Assembly (NCBI GenBank): GCA_038204425.1
Contig: JBBRCZ010000003.1
Coordinates: forward strand, 1-64,000
Direction: 5' to 3'
From: Spirochaetia bacterium
GTDB taxonomy: Bacteria; Spirochaetota; Spirochaetia; DSM-27196; Salinispiraceae
DNA: 64,000 bases
Positions 9,561 to 19,673 of the stretch are shown piece after piece. A program made the translations under genes and the position numbers. The notes below the pieces were generated by a model. That model did no database searches, was not told where the DNA came from, and was given only the letters and a program-made list of their open reading frames with translations. The number at the start of each line of letters is the position of its first letter. The stretch's first letter is position 1.

Positions 9561-11374
9561 GGTTTGTATTGCTTATCAAATGTCAAGGGCATAATGCCAT
9601 CTGCTTGGTAGATACCTAGCAATGCATCATAGCCGTACTTAAAGCTGGCTTGCGCCCAACCGTAGACGGCAATAGCATTCTTAACCCATGGCAGTTCTTC
9701 AAGGTAAACTGGTGTAAGCGTAGATATCACGAATAGCTTGTCTGCCCAAGGTTGCAAGGTTTTGAGCACTTCTAGACTGTTGGGATTTGCAAGGCAAAAG
9801 ATAATGGTGTCACTAGAAGCTGCCAAGGCTTGAGCTTGAGCCTTGATTGCTGAATCAGCGTAGTAAAATGGTTCATAGGAGTAACGCAATACTCTAGCTT
9901 GCTTAAAATGCTTAAGTCCTTCTTGAGTAAATTCAAAATCTTGGCCAATTAAACTTACTCTGCCTGCTCGCTGCGGGTTTAGCGGAATATTTTTCTTCCG
10001 TACCAAACTTACGGCACGTGCTGCTTGCCCGTCAAAATACGCTTGGCTTTTGGGATTCGGTACTTGAACCAAAACGTCACTAGCCTGCGGATTAAGCGGA
10101 ACCCTGGTGCTTGGCTTCAAATAGCGCAGTTTCATACGTAGTATTCGCCGCACAGACTGATGTATTTGAGCGGCAAACTCGGGATCGCTTTCATAGGCGC
10201 GCTTGAGTTTGAGAAAAACCTCATCATCAAGATTGGGTGTCTGCGAGAGCATTACCAAATCATTGCCGGCTTTTATTGATTCAACCACTATGTCCGAGAG
10301 TCTCCATGAGTGACGAGCACCGTATTCCCAAGCTCCTCCCATAAACAGGTCGTCAGTCACCACAACACCGTTAAAGCCAAGTTTTTCTCGTAGAAGCTGG
10401 TAAGTCAAAATTTTACTTAATGTGGCAGGCTTTCCACTAGGGTCAATCTTTGGAAAGGCGAGGTGTCCAACAAGAATGGCCGGTACATCTTCGGGTATCA
10501 AGGTGCGATAGGGCAAAAGTTCTCTATTCCACAGTGTCTCCAGCGTATCCTGTACAACCGGCAAGATGCCGTGTGAATCGCCAACAGCGTTTCCATGGCC
10601 TGGAAAGTGCTTAGCCGTTGCGATTACTGACTCACGCTCCATGCCCATAAAGGCGGCCAAACCAAACATCGAAACCTCACGCGCTTTGTCACTATAGGCA
10701 CGTGGGCCAATTACGTGAGCTTGACTATTGGTATATACGTCTACGGTTGGCGCAAAGTTCATATTTACACCCATAGCGCGTAATTCTTTTGCAATCAAAA
10801 GCGAACTTTGATATGCATCCCATGCCAATCCAGTTGCGCCAATGGCCATGTTTCCGGGCGTTATACTTGTTTTGTCCTTAATATGGCGAACCCATCCACC
10901 CTCTTGATCGGTCGCGGTCAAAAGTGGAATGCCCAAAGGGTCTTTGAGTGCCAGAGTCTGCATATCGGCCAGTGTTTGCGCCAGCACATCCACTCGATTG
11001 CCATTCCAACCAAAGATTTTTGCTCCACCAAGGCCGCGACTTGCGATCCACGACATAATCGGACCTTCTGCCTTTTCTGAACGCCAGCCCAATAAGAATA
11101 ACTGAGCTAGGATTTGGTCGGTATTCATGCGCGTCAGCAGAAGTTCGGCAACCTCTTTGTCGGGGGCGTCAAGCCAAAAAAGACCTTTTGACGGACTGTG
11201 TGTTAACAAGGGTCCAAAAGGATTGGCAGGTTTAACAATAGTTTCTACGGTCAATTTTTGATCGGAACCTCGGTTGTTACCAGGCCTTGGCCAAAGTGCT
11301 AAGACTAAAATGCTTAGTGAAAGACCCAACACCAAGACAATGAGCCCCAATCTATAAGACAATTTCACCGTCAC
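9557..11374 (-). CDS. nagZ: Membrane-anchored GH3 beta-N-acetylhexosaminidase
   Basis: DQEGG, KHFPGHG...DSH, VTDDL; N-terminal hydrophobic anchor. Confidence 0.85.
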   Translation of the reverse strand: MTVKLSYRLGLIVLVLGLSLSILVLALWPRPGNNRGSDQKLTVETIVKPANPFGPLLTHSPSKGLFWLDAPDKEVAELLLTRMNTDQILAQLFLLGWRSEKAEGPIMSWIASRGLGGAKIFGWNGNRVDVLAQTLADMQTLALKDPLGIPLLTATDQEGGWVRHIKDKTSITPGNMAIGATGLAWDAYQSSLLIAKELRAMGVNMNFAPTVDVYTNSQAHVIGPRAYSDKAREVSMFGLAAFMGMERESVIATAKHFPGHGNAVGDSHGILPVVQDTLETLWNRELLPYRTLIPEDVPAILVGHLAFPKIDPSGKPATLSKILTYQLLREKLGFNGVVVTDDLFMGGAWEYGARHSWRLSDIVVESIKAGNDLVMLSQTPNLDDEVFLKLKRAYESDPEFAAQIHQSVRRILRMKLRYLKPSTRVPLNPQASDVLVQVPNPKSQAYFDGQAARAVSLVRKKNIPLNPQRAGRVSLIGQDFEFTQEGLKHFKQARVLRYSYEPFYYADSAIKAQAQALAASSDTIIFCLANPNSLEVLKTLQPWADKLFVISTLTPVYLEELPWVKNAIAVYGWAQASFKYGYDALLGIYQADGIMPLTFDKQYKP

Positions 11375-11470
11375 TCCTCAATCTCTAGCTAAGGTTTTTT
11401 AATCAACAACAGTATAGCAACTTTTGATGGTAAATTTCAACGTATTCCTTATGGCCGCTCAATAATGCCT

Positions 11471-11497
11471 TACCATCAGGCCTTGGCCTGCCGATAC
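11471..11497 (+). promoter_or_regulatory. Possible sigma-28 promoter for the flgN operon
   Basis: GCCGATAC -10-type box at 11490; -35 poorly matched. Confidence 0.35.
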
Positions 11498-11575
11498 TCA
11501 AAAAGAGACTCTGTATGCAATTTGCTTGGCAGAGGCATGTTCGATTTTTGATGGTTAGATTGTCTGGAGGAAACT

Positions 11576-12085
11576 ATGCATATTACATCCCTGCTTCAAG
11601 TAATGGAAGCTGAAATGGTACTAATCAACGAGATGACTGGCCTGGAACGACGAATGTTGGTCTCACTACTCAACCGCAACTCAAGTGAAGTCCAGACCTG
11701 TCAAGAACAGTACTTTCAACTCTCTGCGCATATTCAACAAGCAGAAGATATTAGGCTATCGATTTTACAAAAAACAGCACTTAGTCTTGGTTCACCCAGT
11801 CACAATAATCAAATCCTATCGTCAATAGAGTTGATGGCAAGAATCGAGCACTACTTAGACCCAGAAAGCCGCCAAACTCTTCAGGACTGCAAAAGAAGAT
11901 TTAGACAGTCTCTAGGTCAACTTATTAACAGCAACAATGCTCTAAAAGTCTACACCGAAGCGCAGTTAATTACGCTCGATAGTTTCTTAACTGAGCTTTT
12001 TCCGGACCGTGCCGATGGCACTTATGGTTCCGACGGGCGTCAGCGTACGACCATGCGACCGCAGGTTCTGAACACTCAAGTATAA
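11576..12085 (+). CDS. flgN: Flagellar export chaperone FlgN
   Basis: Helical 169-aa protein directly before flgK; C-terminal TYGSDG; GGAGG ribosome-binding site. Confidence 0.75.
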   Translation: MHITSLLQVMEAEMVLINEMTGLERRMLVSLLNRNSSEVQTCQEQYFQLSAHIQQAEDIRLSILQKTALSLGSPSHNNQILSSIELMARIEHYLDPESRQTLQDCKRRFRQSLGQLINSNNALKVYTEAQLITLDSFLTELFPDRADGTYGSDGRQRTTMRPQVLNTQV

Positions 12086-12095
12086 GGAGAAACCT

Positions 12096-13970
12096 ATGCA
12101 ATCAGCATTTCAGGGCATAGAAATGGGCAAACGAAGTCTATTTGCCCACGCGCGCGCACTATCAACCGTTGGTCATAACCTTTCAAACGCTTCGACAGAA
12201 GGCTACTCTCGGCAGCGCGTGCACTTTAGTGCCACCGAACCACTGTATCGTCCCGACTTGGCAAGAGCAGAAACGCCGGGACAAATTGGCCAAGGTGTTG
12301 ATATATCCCGGATAGAGCGCGTCCATGATCAACTTTTGCAAGGAAGAATTGTGGCCAATAGTGCAGGCGAGGGCTACTGGCAATCGCGTGACAAGTACAT
12401 TGGTCAACTTGAACAAGTTTACAACGAACCCAGTGAACTCTCGCTACGAAGTCGCATGGATAAGTTTTGGGACTCTTGGCAAGAGCTTTCACAATACCCA
12501 GAACAGATGGGTGCGCGACAAGCGATATTAGAAAGAGCAAACTCACTGGGAGACGGCATTAAGTTGCGTCATCAGCAACTACTTCAAATTGGTTCGGTTC
12601 TGGACCAAGATGTTAAAGCTACCGTAGATCGAGTCAATCAGCTAACTACCAATATTGGTCTGCTTAATATGGATATTGTTCGTGTCAAAGCAGAAGGTGA
12701 TTCTCCCAATGACTTGATGGACAAACGAGATCTTTTGGTGACCGAGTTGGGATCTCTCGTCAATATCACTATTGATGAGCGCGACCCTGACGAATACTCA
12801 ATCCATACCAATGGTTTGCACATAGTGCAAGGGGCTATCCATCGCCCCTTTGAACTACAAACCGACCTTGAGAACGAGGGCTACTCGGCAGTCCATTGGG
12901 GAGACGTAAAAAGTCGCTTCTATCCAGATGGTGGCAAGCTGGCCTCTTTGTTGCATGTGAGAGACATAGACCTGCGTCAAGAAGTGCAGGGTCTTGATAA
13001 TATGGCCGTTAACTTTATCGACCTTGTCAACGAAGTCCATACACAATCCTACGGTCTTGGTGGCCAAAATAACGTCGATTTTTTTGTGGAACATGCTTTT
13101 GTGACCAATGCCAATGGCAACTACGACCGCAATGGTGACGGACAGATGGACCATAGCTATGTTTTTCGGATGACTGGTAGTAACGCCTTGGACGCCAAGA
13201 GCCAGATTGGACTACGAGGAACATTGACGCTCTCAGGCCCGCAGGGAGATGTTGCTGTTGACTACTTTCCAACAGATACGGTTGAAGACCTGATATTAAG
13301 GGTCAACCTTTCTGGTGCAGAGGTGGTAGCTCGGCTTGATAGAAACAATCAACTGTCACTAAAAGGTGCCCCTTCGGCTGCTTTGGGTCAACCAGACTTT
13401 GTTATTCGCAAAGTAGCTGACAGCGGTCAGTTTTTGGTCGGCTACTCAGGTCTGCTTACAACAAGTGGTGATGCTGGTGCGTATCAATTCAATCGCCAAG
13501 ACGCTGTTTCCTCGCTGCGTACAGGTAGCGACTTTGCCGTTGCGCCGGTTGCCCATCCATCGGGATGGATCAGCGTCAATCAGCAGTTGGTCAAGGATCC
13601 TGGCGCAATCGCTGCGGCCCTAGGACCCAACGGCAAGCCAGGCGAAGCAGGTGATGGACGCGCCGCGCTTGAAGTTGCGGCCTTACGTCAACGTTCCGTC
13701 ATGGTTGGAAGCTCACCTAGCTTTGATGACTACTTTTCTGACCGAGTGGTTGCCATCGGACTCAAGGGTCAAGAAGCCGAAATTAGCGTTAAGACTCACG
13801 AGCTAATAATGAAAAACTTACGCGACATGCGCGAAAGCTATTCTGGTGTCAATATGGACGAAGAGTTGGCTCAGATGATTAAGTTTCAACATGGCTACAA
13901 TGCAGCAGCTCGTTTTATCACCACAGTAGATGGCATGCTCGATGTAATAATTAACCGAATGGGCGTCTAA
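12096..13970 (+). CDS. flgK: Flagellar hook-associated protein 1
   Basis: GHNLSNASTEGYSRQRV; C-terminal SGVNMDEELAQMIKFQHGYNAAAR. Confidence 0.95.
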   Translation: MQSAFQGIEMGKRSLFAHARALSTVGHNLSNASTEGYSRQRVHFSATEPLYRPDLARAETPGQIGQGVDISRIERVHDQLLQGRIVANSAGEGYWQSRDKYIGQLEQVYNEPSELSLRSRMDKFWDSWQELSQYPEQMGARQAILERANSLGDGIKLRHQQLLQIGSVLDQDVKATVDRVNQLTTNIGLLNMDIVRVKAEGDSPNDLMDKRDLLVTELGSLVNITIDERDPDEYSIHTNGLHIVQGAIHRPFELQTDLENEGYSAVHWGDVKSRFYPDGGKLASLLHVRDIDLRQEVQGLDNMAVNFIDLVNEVHTQSYGLGGQNNVDFFVEHAFVTNANGNYDRNGDGQMDHSYVFRMTGSNALDAKSQIGLRGTLTLSGPQGDVAVDYFPTDTVEDLILRVNLSGAEVVARLDRNNQLSLKGAPSAALGQPDFVIRKVADSGQFLVGYSGLLTTSGDAGAYQFNRQDAVSSLRTGSDFAVAPVAHPSGWISVNQQLVKDPGAIAAALGPNGKPGEAGDGRAALEVAALRQRSVMVGSSPSFDDYFSDRVVAIGLKGQEAEISVKTHELIMKNLRDMRESYSGVNMDEELAQMIKFQHGYNAAARFITTVDGMLDVIINRMGV

Positions 13971-14032
13971 ACCCAAATGGACCAAGCATTAGCAACTATA
14001 TAGGTCGCTAACAAGCGACAGAGGAGACTTCA

Positions 14033-15277
14033 ATGGACCGAGTAAGCAGCAACCTTCCCAATGACAATATGCAATACTTTACCCGTCAAAGGCAGGTGGA
14101 CATGAATGCCATGCAAAGTAGGCTAGCTAGTCAAAACCGTATTCTTAATCTACGAGATGATCCGGCCGCTGCCGGGCATGCAGGGCGCTACCAAAGTTTC
14201 AATACTCGTTTAGAACGCTATTCTGATAACATACAACGATCTATTGAGATGTATCGCTCAACCGAAACCCAGGTTAGATCTGCGCTCGACATTTTGCACG
14301 AGGTTAGACAACTTGCGGTTCAAGCAGCCAATGCAACCTATCCAGCCGAAGAACGAAAAATAATGGCAGGCCAAGTAGACGAATATCTTCAGCAGTTAGT
14401 ACAAGTCGCTAACGCTACTGACGGCGAAGGCAATGCGGTCTTTGGTGGCTTTCGCACCAAGACTACCCCGTTTCGTACGGTGGACGGTGTGGTGCCAGGC
14501 CATGGAAGCTCGGTTATGGTAGATGTCGAATACCTCGGCGATATCGGCACCAAACAGTCAGAAATTGCTGACAATCAATACATCGACACCACTTTTCCAG
14601 GTAATCAAGTATTCTGGGCCGAGAATCAATCGATATTTTCGGCAAGGGACGCAAGTTCTTTTGTCTTGGGTCAAGACTCGGTTATTTCAATCGATGACCA
14701 ATCGATCCAACTTAAGCAAGGCGACAACGTCTACGCAGTAATCGCAAAAATAAACGATTCAAACGCCGCTGTTAAGGCTCGCTTGGACCCTATCCAAAAC
14801 AGTCTAGTCTTAGAAACTACTAATCCACATCAAATATGGATGCGCGACCAAAGCGGAACCGTGTTGCAGGATCTAGGTGTAGTTAAAGACCCCGAGTCCA
14901 ACCCACCACACAACTTGGCCAATGGTGCAACCCGCTTTGGCGGAAGTCTTTTTGATATGGTGATTTCTTTGCGGGACAATCTCTATGCAAATGATCAACT
15001 TGATATTGGTGGCCGAGTGCTATCAGGTCTAGATAAAGCCATGGGAACAGTGCTTTCTAATCTTGGCAGCATTGGTGCCAAAACTACTCGCATGGAACTG
15101 GCCTACCTCACCACGGAAAAGTTGATTCCAGACTACACAGGTCGGATTAGTCGAGAACTTGACTTGGACGTAACCAAGGCAATCACTGACTACAAAGTAA
15201 TGGAGATGACTCACAAAGCGGCTCTTTCTACCGCAGCACGCATAATTCAACCGAGCCTGCTCGACTTTTTGCGCTAA
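14033..15277 (+). CDS. flgL: Flagellar hook-associated protein 3
   Basis: Flagellin-like N-terminus (RDDPAAA), C-terminal PSLLDFLR, follows flgK. Confidence 0.95.
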   Translation: MDRVSSNLPNDNMQYFTRQRQVDMNAMQSRLASQNRILNLRDDPAAAGHAGRYQSFNTRLERYSDNIQRSIEMYRSTETQVRSALDILHEVRQLAVQAANATYPAEERKIMAGQVDEYLQQLVQVANATDGEGNAVFGGFRTKTTPFRTVDGVVPGHGSSVMVDVEYLGDIGTKQSEIADNQYIDTTFPGNQVFWAENQSIFSARDASSFVLGQDSVISIDDQSIQLKQGDNVYAVIAKINDSNAAVKARLDPIQNSLVLETTNPHQIWMRDQSGTVLQDLGVVKDPESNPPHNLANGATRFGGSLFDMVISLRDNLYANDQLDIGGRVLSGLDKAMGTVLSNLGSIGAKTTRMELAYLTTEKLIPDYTGRISRELDLDVTKAITDYKVMEMTHKAALSTAARIIQPSLLDFLR

Positions 15278-15305
15278 TAGACCTTAAGCAAATGGGGAAA
15301 ACTGA

Positions 15306-15761
15306 ATGCTGATACAAGGAAGAAGCTGCGGACAGGTAGAAATCGATGAACGTCAGGTAATTACGCTACCCAAGGGGCTGCTAGGCTTTGAGTCCTTTAG
15401 CTCTTGGGCATTGCTTGATTCAAGTCAGGCTCCTTTCTATTGGCTACAGAGTTTGGATGACAGTGATCTCGCTTTTGTAATCTTAGATCCAACGCTATTT
15501 CGGCCAGACTACAAGCCAGATTTGTCGCCAGCCGATATTGACCTAATTGGGAGTCCAAAAGATGAAGAACTGTTGGTGTTTGCCATCGTAACTATACCAG
15601 AAGATGCCAACTTAATGACGGCCAATCTACAAGGACCGCTGGTGATCAATCGCAACACCAGACGTGGATTACAAAGTATTCAGACAGACACTGTTTTTAA
15701 GACTCGCCACTATGTCTACCAAGAACTGGCAGCCCTCGGCAATAACCAGGAGGCAAAGTAA
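15306..15761 (+). CDS. fliW: Flagellar assembly factor FliW
   Basis: GLLGFE, FYWLQS, TANLQGPLVIN. Confidence 0.95.
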   Translation: MLIQGRSCGQVEIDERQVITLPKGLLGFESFSSWALLDSSQAPFYWLQSLDDSDLAFVILDPTLFRPDYKPDLSPADIDLIGSPKDEELLVFAIVTIPEDANLMTANLQGPLVINRNTRRGLQSIQTDTVFKTRHYVYQELAALGNNQEAK

Positions 15762-15991
15762 TGCTGGTTCTTAGCCGCAAAGTTCAAGAAAAACTCATCA
15801 TTGGCGATGGCATAGAAGTTTCAATCCTAGAAATAAAGGGCGACTCTGTTAAGCTTGGTATCAACGCCCCAGCAACCATCAAGGTTTTTCGCTTTGAGAT
15901 TTTTCAGGCTATCCAAGAAGAAAATCGTTTGGCTGCAGCAAGCACAACAATTTTGCCCAAGCTCAACCTCAAAGCAAAACAGGCGGATTAG
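15761..15991 (+). CDS. csrA: Carbon storage regulator CsrA
   Basis: MLVLSRK..E.LIIGD.IEV...VKLGINAP, with the C-terminal helix typical of FliW-linked CsrA. Confidence 0.95.
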   Translation: MLVLSRKVQEKLIIGDGIEVSILEIKGDSVKLGINAPATIKVFRFEIFQAIQEENRLAAASTTILPKLNLKAKQAD

Positions 15992-16721
15992 AACTGGGGT
16001 TGCTCAATTTACGCTGTATGCCCAAGTCCTGTTCCGAGTTCCTAACATAGACTGCGCCACTATCCTTCTGTGTAAAATCCTTGTTCAAGAACTTTTCTTG
16101 GCCCAACTTAGCAAGTGCTGCCAACCAAGAATCGTCGCCTTTGTCAGAGATCAGTAAGTGCTTTTGTTCACTGTCTGCAAGAAGACCGTAAGCATCGAGA
16201 ACTTCTTGTTTATCGGGGCAGACCACCAAACTTGGCTTCGCAAGTTTATGTTGCAATTCTAAATTGCGAGCCAAAGTGGCAATATCGGCCAGACTAAGAT
16301 CCAAAGCGGTCGTAATTGCGCGGCCTTGCAAATAGACACGTGAGTAGAAGCGATTTTTTTTGGCGTCGAGGCATGAAATTACTAAGCCCTTGTAGTGCGC
16401 ATGTGACCATGCAATTGCGTCCAGACTGCTGACCCCAATCAAGTCGATGTTTAAGGCGGCGCAAATTCCCTTTGCACATGCTAGGCCGGTACGCAAGCCG
16501 GTAAAACTACCTGGCCCATGGCTGCATATGACAGCGCCGAGCTCAGAGCTAGCTAGTCCAGCATCTTTGAGGACAGCGTCAATTTCTGTCTGTAGAAACT
16601 CGCCATGCTTCCAGCCAAGATCATTCTGCCTTATCAATAATTTTTGATGCTCCGCATTTTTATCAAGCAGAAGCCCCACTTGCAGTTTCTGACTTGCGGT
16701 TTCAATTATCAAAAAATTCAT
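15969..16721 (-). CDS. tsaB: tRNA t6A biosynthesis protein TsaB
   Basis: GPGSFTGLR, DAKKNRFY. Confidence 0.9.
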   Translation of the reverse strand: MNFLIIETASQKLQVGLLLDKNAEHQKLLIRQNDLGWKHGEFLQTEIDAVLKDAGLASSELGAVICSHGPGSFTGLRTGLACAKGICAALNIDLIGVSSLDAIAWSHAHYKGLVISCLDAKKNRFYSRVYLQGRAITTALDLSLADIATLARNLELQHKLAKPSLVVCPDKQEVLDAYGLLADSEQKHLLISDKGDDSWLAALAKLGQEKFLNKDFTQKDSGAVYVRNSEQDLGIQRKLSNPSSNPPVLL

Positions 16722-17260
16722 TTGCTCACTTTTTTGCGCTTAAGCGCTCCAAAAATTTTCTTAAGTTGCCGCGGGCTTAGCTCTTTCTGATCTAAGTCGG
16801 CTTGTTCTAAGTCGCTTTGTTCTAAGAGACTAACGGGCACTTCTATTTTGATCAAGCGACTATCATTTGCAAGGTTTTCAATAGATACCAGGATGGACTG
16901 CTCGGGTAATAGTTCCCCAGCTCGCTGCCACCATTCAATCAAGCAAATCCAGTCTATGCTAAAGTACTCTATCGCCCCACACTCCCTAACATCGTTTTCA
17001 TCAGATAGTCGGTACCAATCCATATGGCACAGTCCCGGGCTGCCAGGATAATCCAAGATGATTGGATAGCTAGGGCTGGTTAAAGTGATTTGCAAACCAA
17101 GTCCGTGGGCAAAACCCTTGGCAAAGGTGGTTTTTCCTGCAGCAAGTGAGCCTGACAAACATATGACGTCACCGGCACAACAAAACTTGGCAAGTGTAGC
17201 TGCTACTACTTGTGTTCTACGAGCTGACGCGCTTGGGAATAAAAGTGTAAGGTATTTCAT
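16718..17260 (-). CDS. tsaE: tRNA t6A ATPase TsaE
   Basis: GSLAAGKTT, TSPSY, HMDWYRL, LIEW. Confidence 0.9.
   Translation of the reverse strand: MKYLTLLFPSASARRTQVVAATLAKFCCAGDVICLSGSLAAGKTTFAKGFAHGLGLQITLTSPSYPIILDYPGSPGLCHMDWYRLSDENDVRECGAIEYFSIDWICLIEWWQRAGELLPEQSILVSIENLANDSRLIKIEVPVSLLEQSDLEQADLDQKELSPRQLKKIFGALKRKKVSK
16791..16826 (-). repeat. 15-bp tandem repeat in the tsaE C-terminal extension (LEQSD-LEQAD-LD)
   Basis: tctaagtcggcttgt tctaagtcgctttgt tctaag. Confidence 0.75.
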
Positions 17261-17265
17261 AAAAC

Positions 17266-17532
17266 TTAGTTGGGAAGTAACTTGTCTCTTTCCATGTCAG
17301 TGATTCGTTGCTTTAGTTCATTCAATAAGGGCAAAAGTGGATAGTCGAGATCGTCAACCATCTTGACCCTGACGATAGAAGTTCCCAAAGGAGTCATCTC
17401 AATAGAAAATTCGATTTTGTAGTCCTTTGACTTATTGCTACTGAGCTCAATCAAAGCATCGGCAATGTACTCTCTACGATAACTAATCAACATATGTTTC
17501 TTGCGAATATTCAGAATGTCTTGTATCACCAT
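17266..17532 (-). CDS. Small hypothetical protein, first gene of the tsaE-tsaB unit
   Basis: 88-aa ORF with IEFSIEMTPLG and LDYPLLP; upstream TTGACG-N17-TAAAGT. Confidence 0.7.
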   Translation of the reverse strand: MVIQDILNIRKKHMLISYRREYIADALIELSSNKSKDYKIEFSIEMTPLGTSIVRVKMVDDLDYPLLPLLNELKQRITDMERDKLLPN

Positions 17533-17581
17533 TTAACTCAACTTTAGGGCAAGATAGTTTGGTCGTCAATATGCAGTACCA

Positions 17582-18691
17582 TCAATAGGTCATATAGTGG
17601 TTGCGAGGTTTGTCTTCGTTTTCTGTAAAATCAAATACTAAGGATCTGATTTCATTGAGACTCTTAGTAGAAACCTTGGTAAACATGATGTTCATCATTG
17701 AACCACCGCGTTCTTTCTTGATGTTACGAACCTTGCCAAAAACGTTAATAGTGTTGCCCTTCATGATGTCAAAACTAATCATAATTAGACTATTTTTTCC
17801 AAGTGGATTGCGGCAAATAAGTGCACAACCACCTGCAGAAATATCTGACATGGTGCCGGAATACCTTCGGTTTTTGTCTACCGCCGCACGTTGCACTGCT
17901 TTGCGACCCTGACCTTCTACTACGATGTCAACTCTATAAAAAAATGCCGAGCGATGGAAGTCCTTGCGTGGCGACTGACGCAGTTGTACTTGCTTTACGT
18001 TGGCGCTATGGGTCAATAGAAGACGCATAACCCCTTCTACTTCTTTGATGTCTGCAACGCGACTGACAAAGCTAAAGACTTTTTCGTCGTCTTTGATGTA
18101 CCTGACTTTTATAGGTTCACCAGTTTTGTATTGGATCCATTCGCCATGGCTATCGGAAGGCATCGAAGCCACGATGTAGTCGGTGGTTTTTCCAGCGATC
18201 TCGCTTTTAAACGGTGGAAAGCTGCGCGAGTAAAGCACCACATCTTGGTTAATGGGCACTACTTTGGTGGTCAAGATTTTATCCAGTCCAGGTGTGTGCG
18301 AAGCTATTTTTTGTTTGATATCCAAAAACAAGGACTTAAAACTTTCTTTTTCACCTGCACTCAAGCTAGTACTATCAACTTCCACCATTAGCTTCTTGAG
18401 ACAGGTATTAAGATAGCGACCATTGGTAAAAAGCGAGGAGGGATTGCTCAGTTTCTGAACCCTGATGGCTTTCCTTAGAACTATAAGCTGTTGCGGATCC
18501 AGTCCAAACTCTTTGGCCTTCTTTTTGAGTGAAAACCCGCCTGAGGAACCACTCGGATTTCCGGCGCCTTTGACAACTGCAAGTATTACTCCGATGATGA
18601 TTACTGCCAAAACTATCAAGAGAATGATTATTGAGTTAGGATCGTTGGCCTGCGGCTTGATATTGTTGGAAAAAACGCCAAATACTCCCAT
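17582..18691 (-). CDS. Membrane-anchored PilZ-domain (flagellar brake/YcgR-like) protein
   Basis: N-terminal transmembrane segment; RQSPR (RxxxR) and DISAGG (DxSxxG) motifs. Confidence 0.8.
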   Translation of the reverse strand: MGVFGVFSNNIKPQANDPNSIIILLIVLAVIIIGVILAVVKGAGNPSGSSGGFSLKKKAKEFGLDPQQLIVLRKAIRVQKLSNPSSLFTNGRYLNTCLKKLMVEVDSTSLSAGEKESFKSLFLDIKQKIASHTPGLDKILTTKVVPINQDVVLYSRSFPPFKSEIAGKTTDYIVASMPSDSHGEWIQYKTGEPIKVRYIKDDEKVFSFVSRVADIKEVEGVMRLLLTHSANVKQVQLRQSPRKDFHRSAFFYRVDIVVEGQGRKAVQRAAVDKNRRYSGTMSDISAGGCALICRNPLGKNSLIMISFDIMKGNTINVFGKVRNIKKERGGSMMNIMFTKVSTKSLNEIRSLVFDFTENEDKPRNHYMTY

Positions 18692-18693
18692 GT

Positions 18694-19626
18694 TTAAACC
18701 TCCAAGCTCGCCCTCGGAATTAAGCGTATCAAGCCCTGGATATGCTGTGGAAGCTCGTACTCAAGTAGGTCGCCAAGCAAGACTGCATCCTGATCACTCA
18801 AAGCAGCACTTATCTCGTTGAGTGTCTTGTTTGACGCAGCCGTCCATTCTTTAAGCTCGTGCCTGTCAAACGGAGGAGGGGAGCCCGGTTCTTGTACTTC
18901 TATCATTAGCCAAAAAAGGCGCAATAGTTTGCTCAACAACTCAGAAAAGCGCAGAATGGTATCGTAGGCTTCTTTTTCCTTGCCTGTCATTAGGCGTGTA
19001 CTCACCATACCTAGGTCTGGAATAAAGCCTTCGAGCAAAATTGCAGTTGCACCGGCTTCTCGTCGTGGATCGTCCAACTCCCCAAGTCTCTCGCGGACTA
19101 TCAATTCTAAGTTATGAAAGTGCTTTGCCATGCTGGGGATTGTCTCGGTTCTGATATGACCTTTTTCGTCTAGGCCATTCTCGAGATCCTTGTCTATCAG
19201 GTTTGATATTTCGTTTTCCGAAGTCTGGGCAAGTTCTGGTAGTGCAAAAGCAAGGCTGGCCATAGTTTTTTTAATCTCTGGCCACGTAAGAAGTAGTCCC
19301 TGCAAGAGCTGAATATTGAGTTCACCATTGATAAGCTTGTTAAAGGCAGCGTTAACATTTTGGGCGTATTCAAAGAGTACATTTAGGTTGGCTTGGCGCA
19401 AGTCGCGTTGACTATCTGCTTCTATATCCAATGTTTTTATATCCGAGAGACTCAAGCCTTGCCATGGGTCAAGTTCAGGGTCAACAACTTTTCCGTCTAT
19501 GCTTAACCCAAGTAGCACAAATCCTTGATCCGCAAGCCAATGATCAAGTGCCAGAACCAAATCCTTAAGAGTTTTTTCCTGCTGCAATTCGTAGTTTATT
19601 ATTTGACCGTTAATGAGAACTTTCAT
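18694..19626 (-). CDS. Hypothetical protein downstream of fliD
   Basis: 310-aa ORF, GAGGGAG ribosome-binding site, C-terminal D.VLLGDLLEYEL. Confidence 0.7.
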   Translation of the reverse strand: MKVLINGQIINYELQQEKTLKDLVLALDHWLADQGFVLLGLSIDGKVVDPELDPWQGLSLSDIKTLDIEADSQRDLRQANLNVLFEYAQNVNAAFNKLINGELNIQLLQGLLLTWPEIKKTMASLAFALPELAQTSENEISNLIDKDLENGLDEKGHIRTETIPSMAKHFHNLELIVRERLGELDDPRREAGATAILLEGFIPDLGMVSTRLMTGKEKEAYDTILRFSELLSKLLRLFWLMIEVQEPGSPPPFDRHELKEWTAASNKTLNEISAALSDQDAVLLGDLLEYELPQHIQGLIRLIPRASLEV

Positions 19627-19673
19627 GACAACTCCCTCACAAGAATATCGGCAAATTTCAACAATGTATCAAG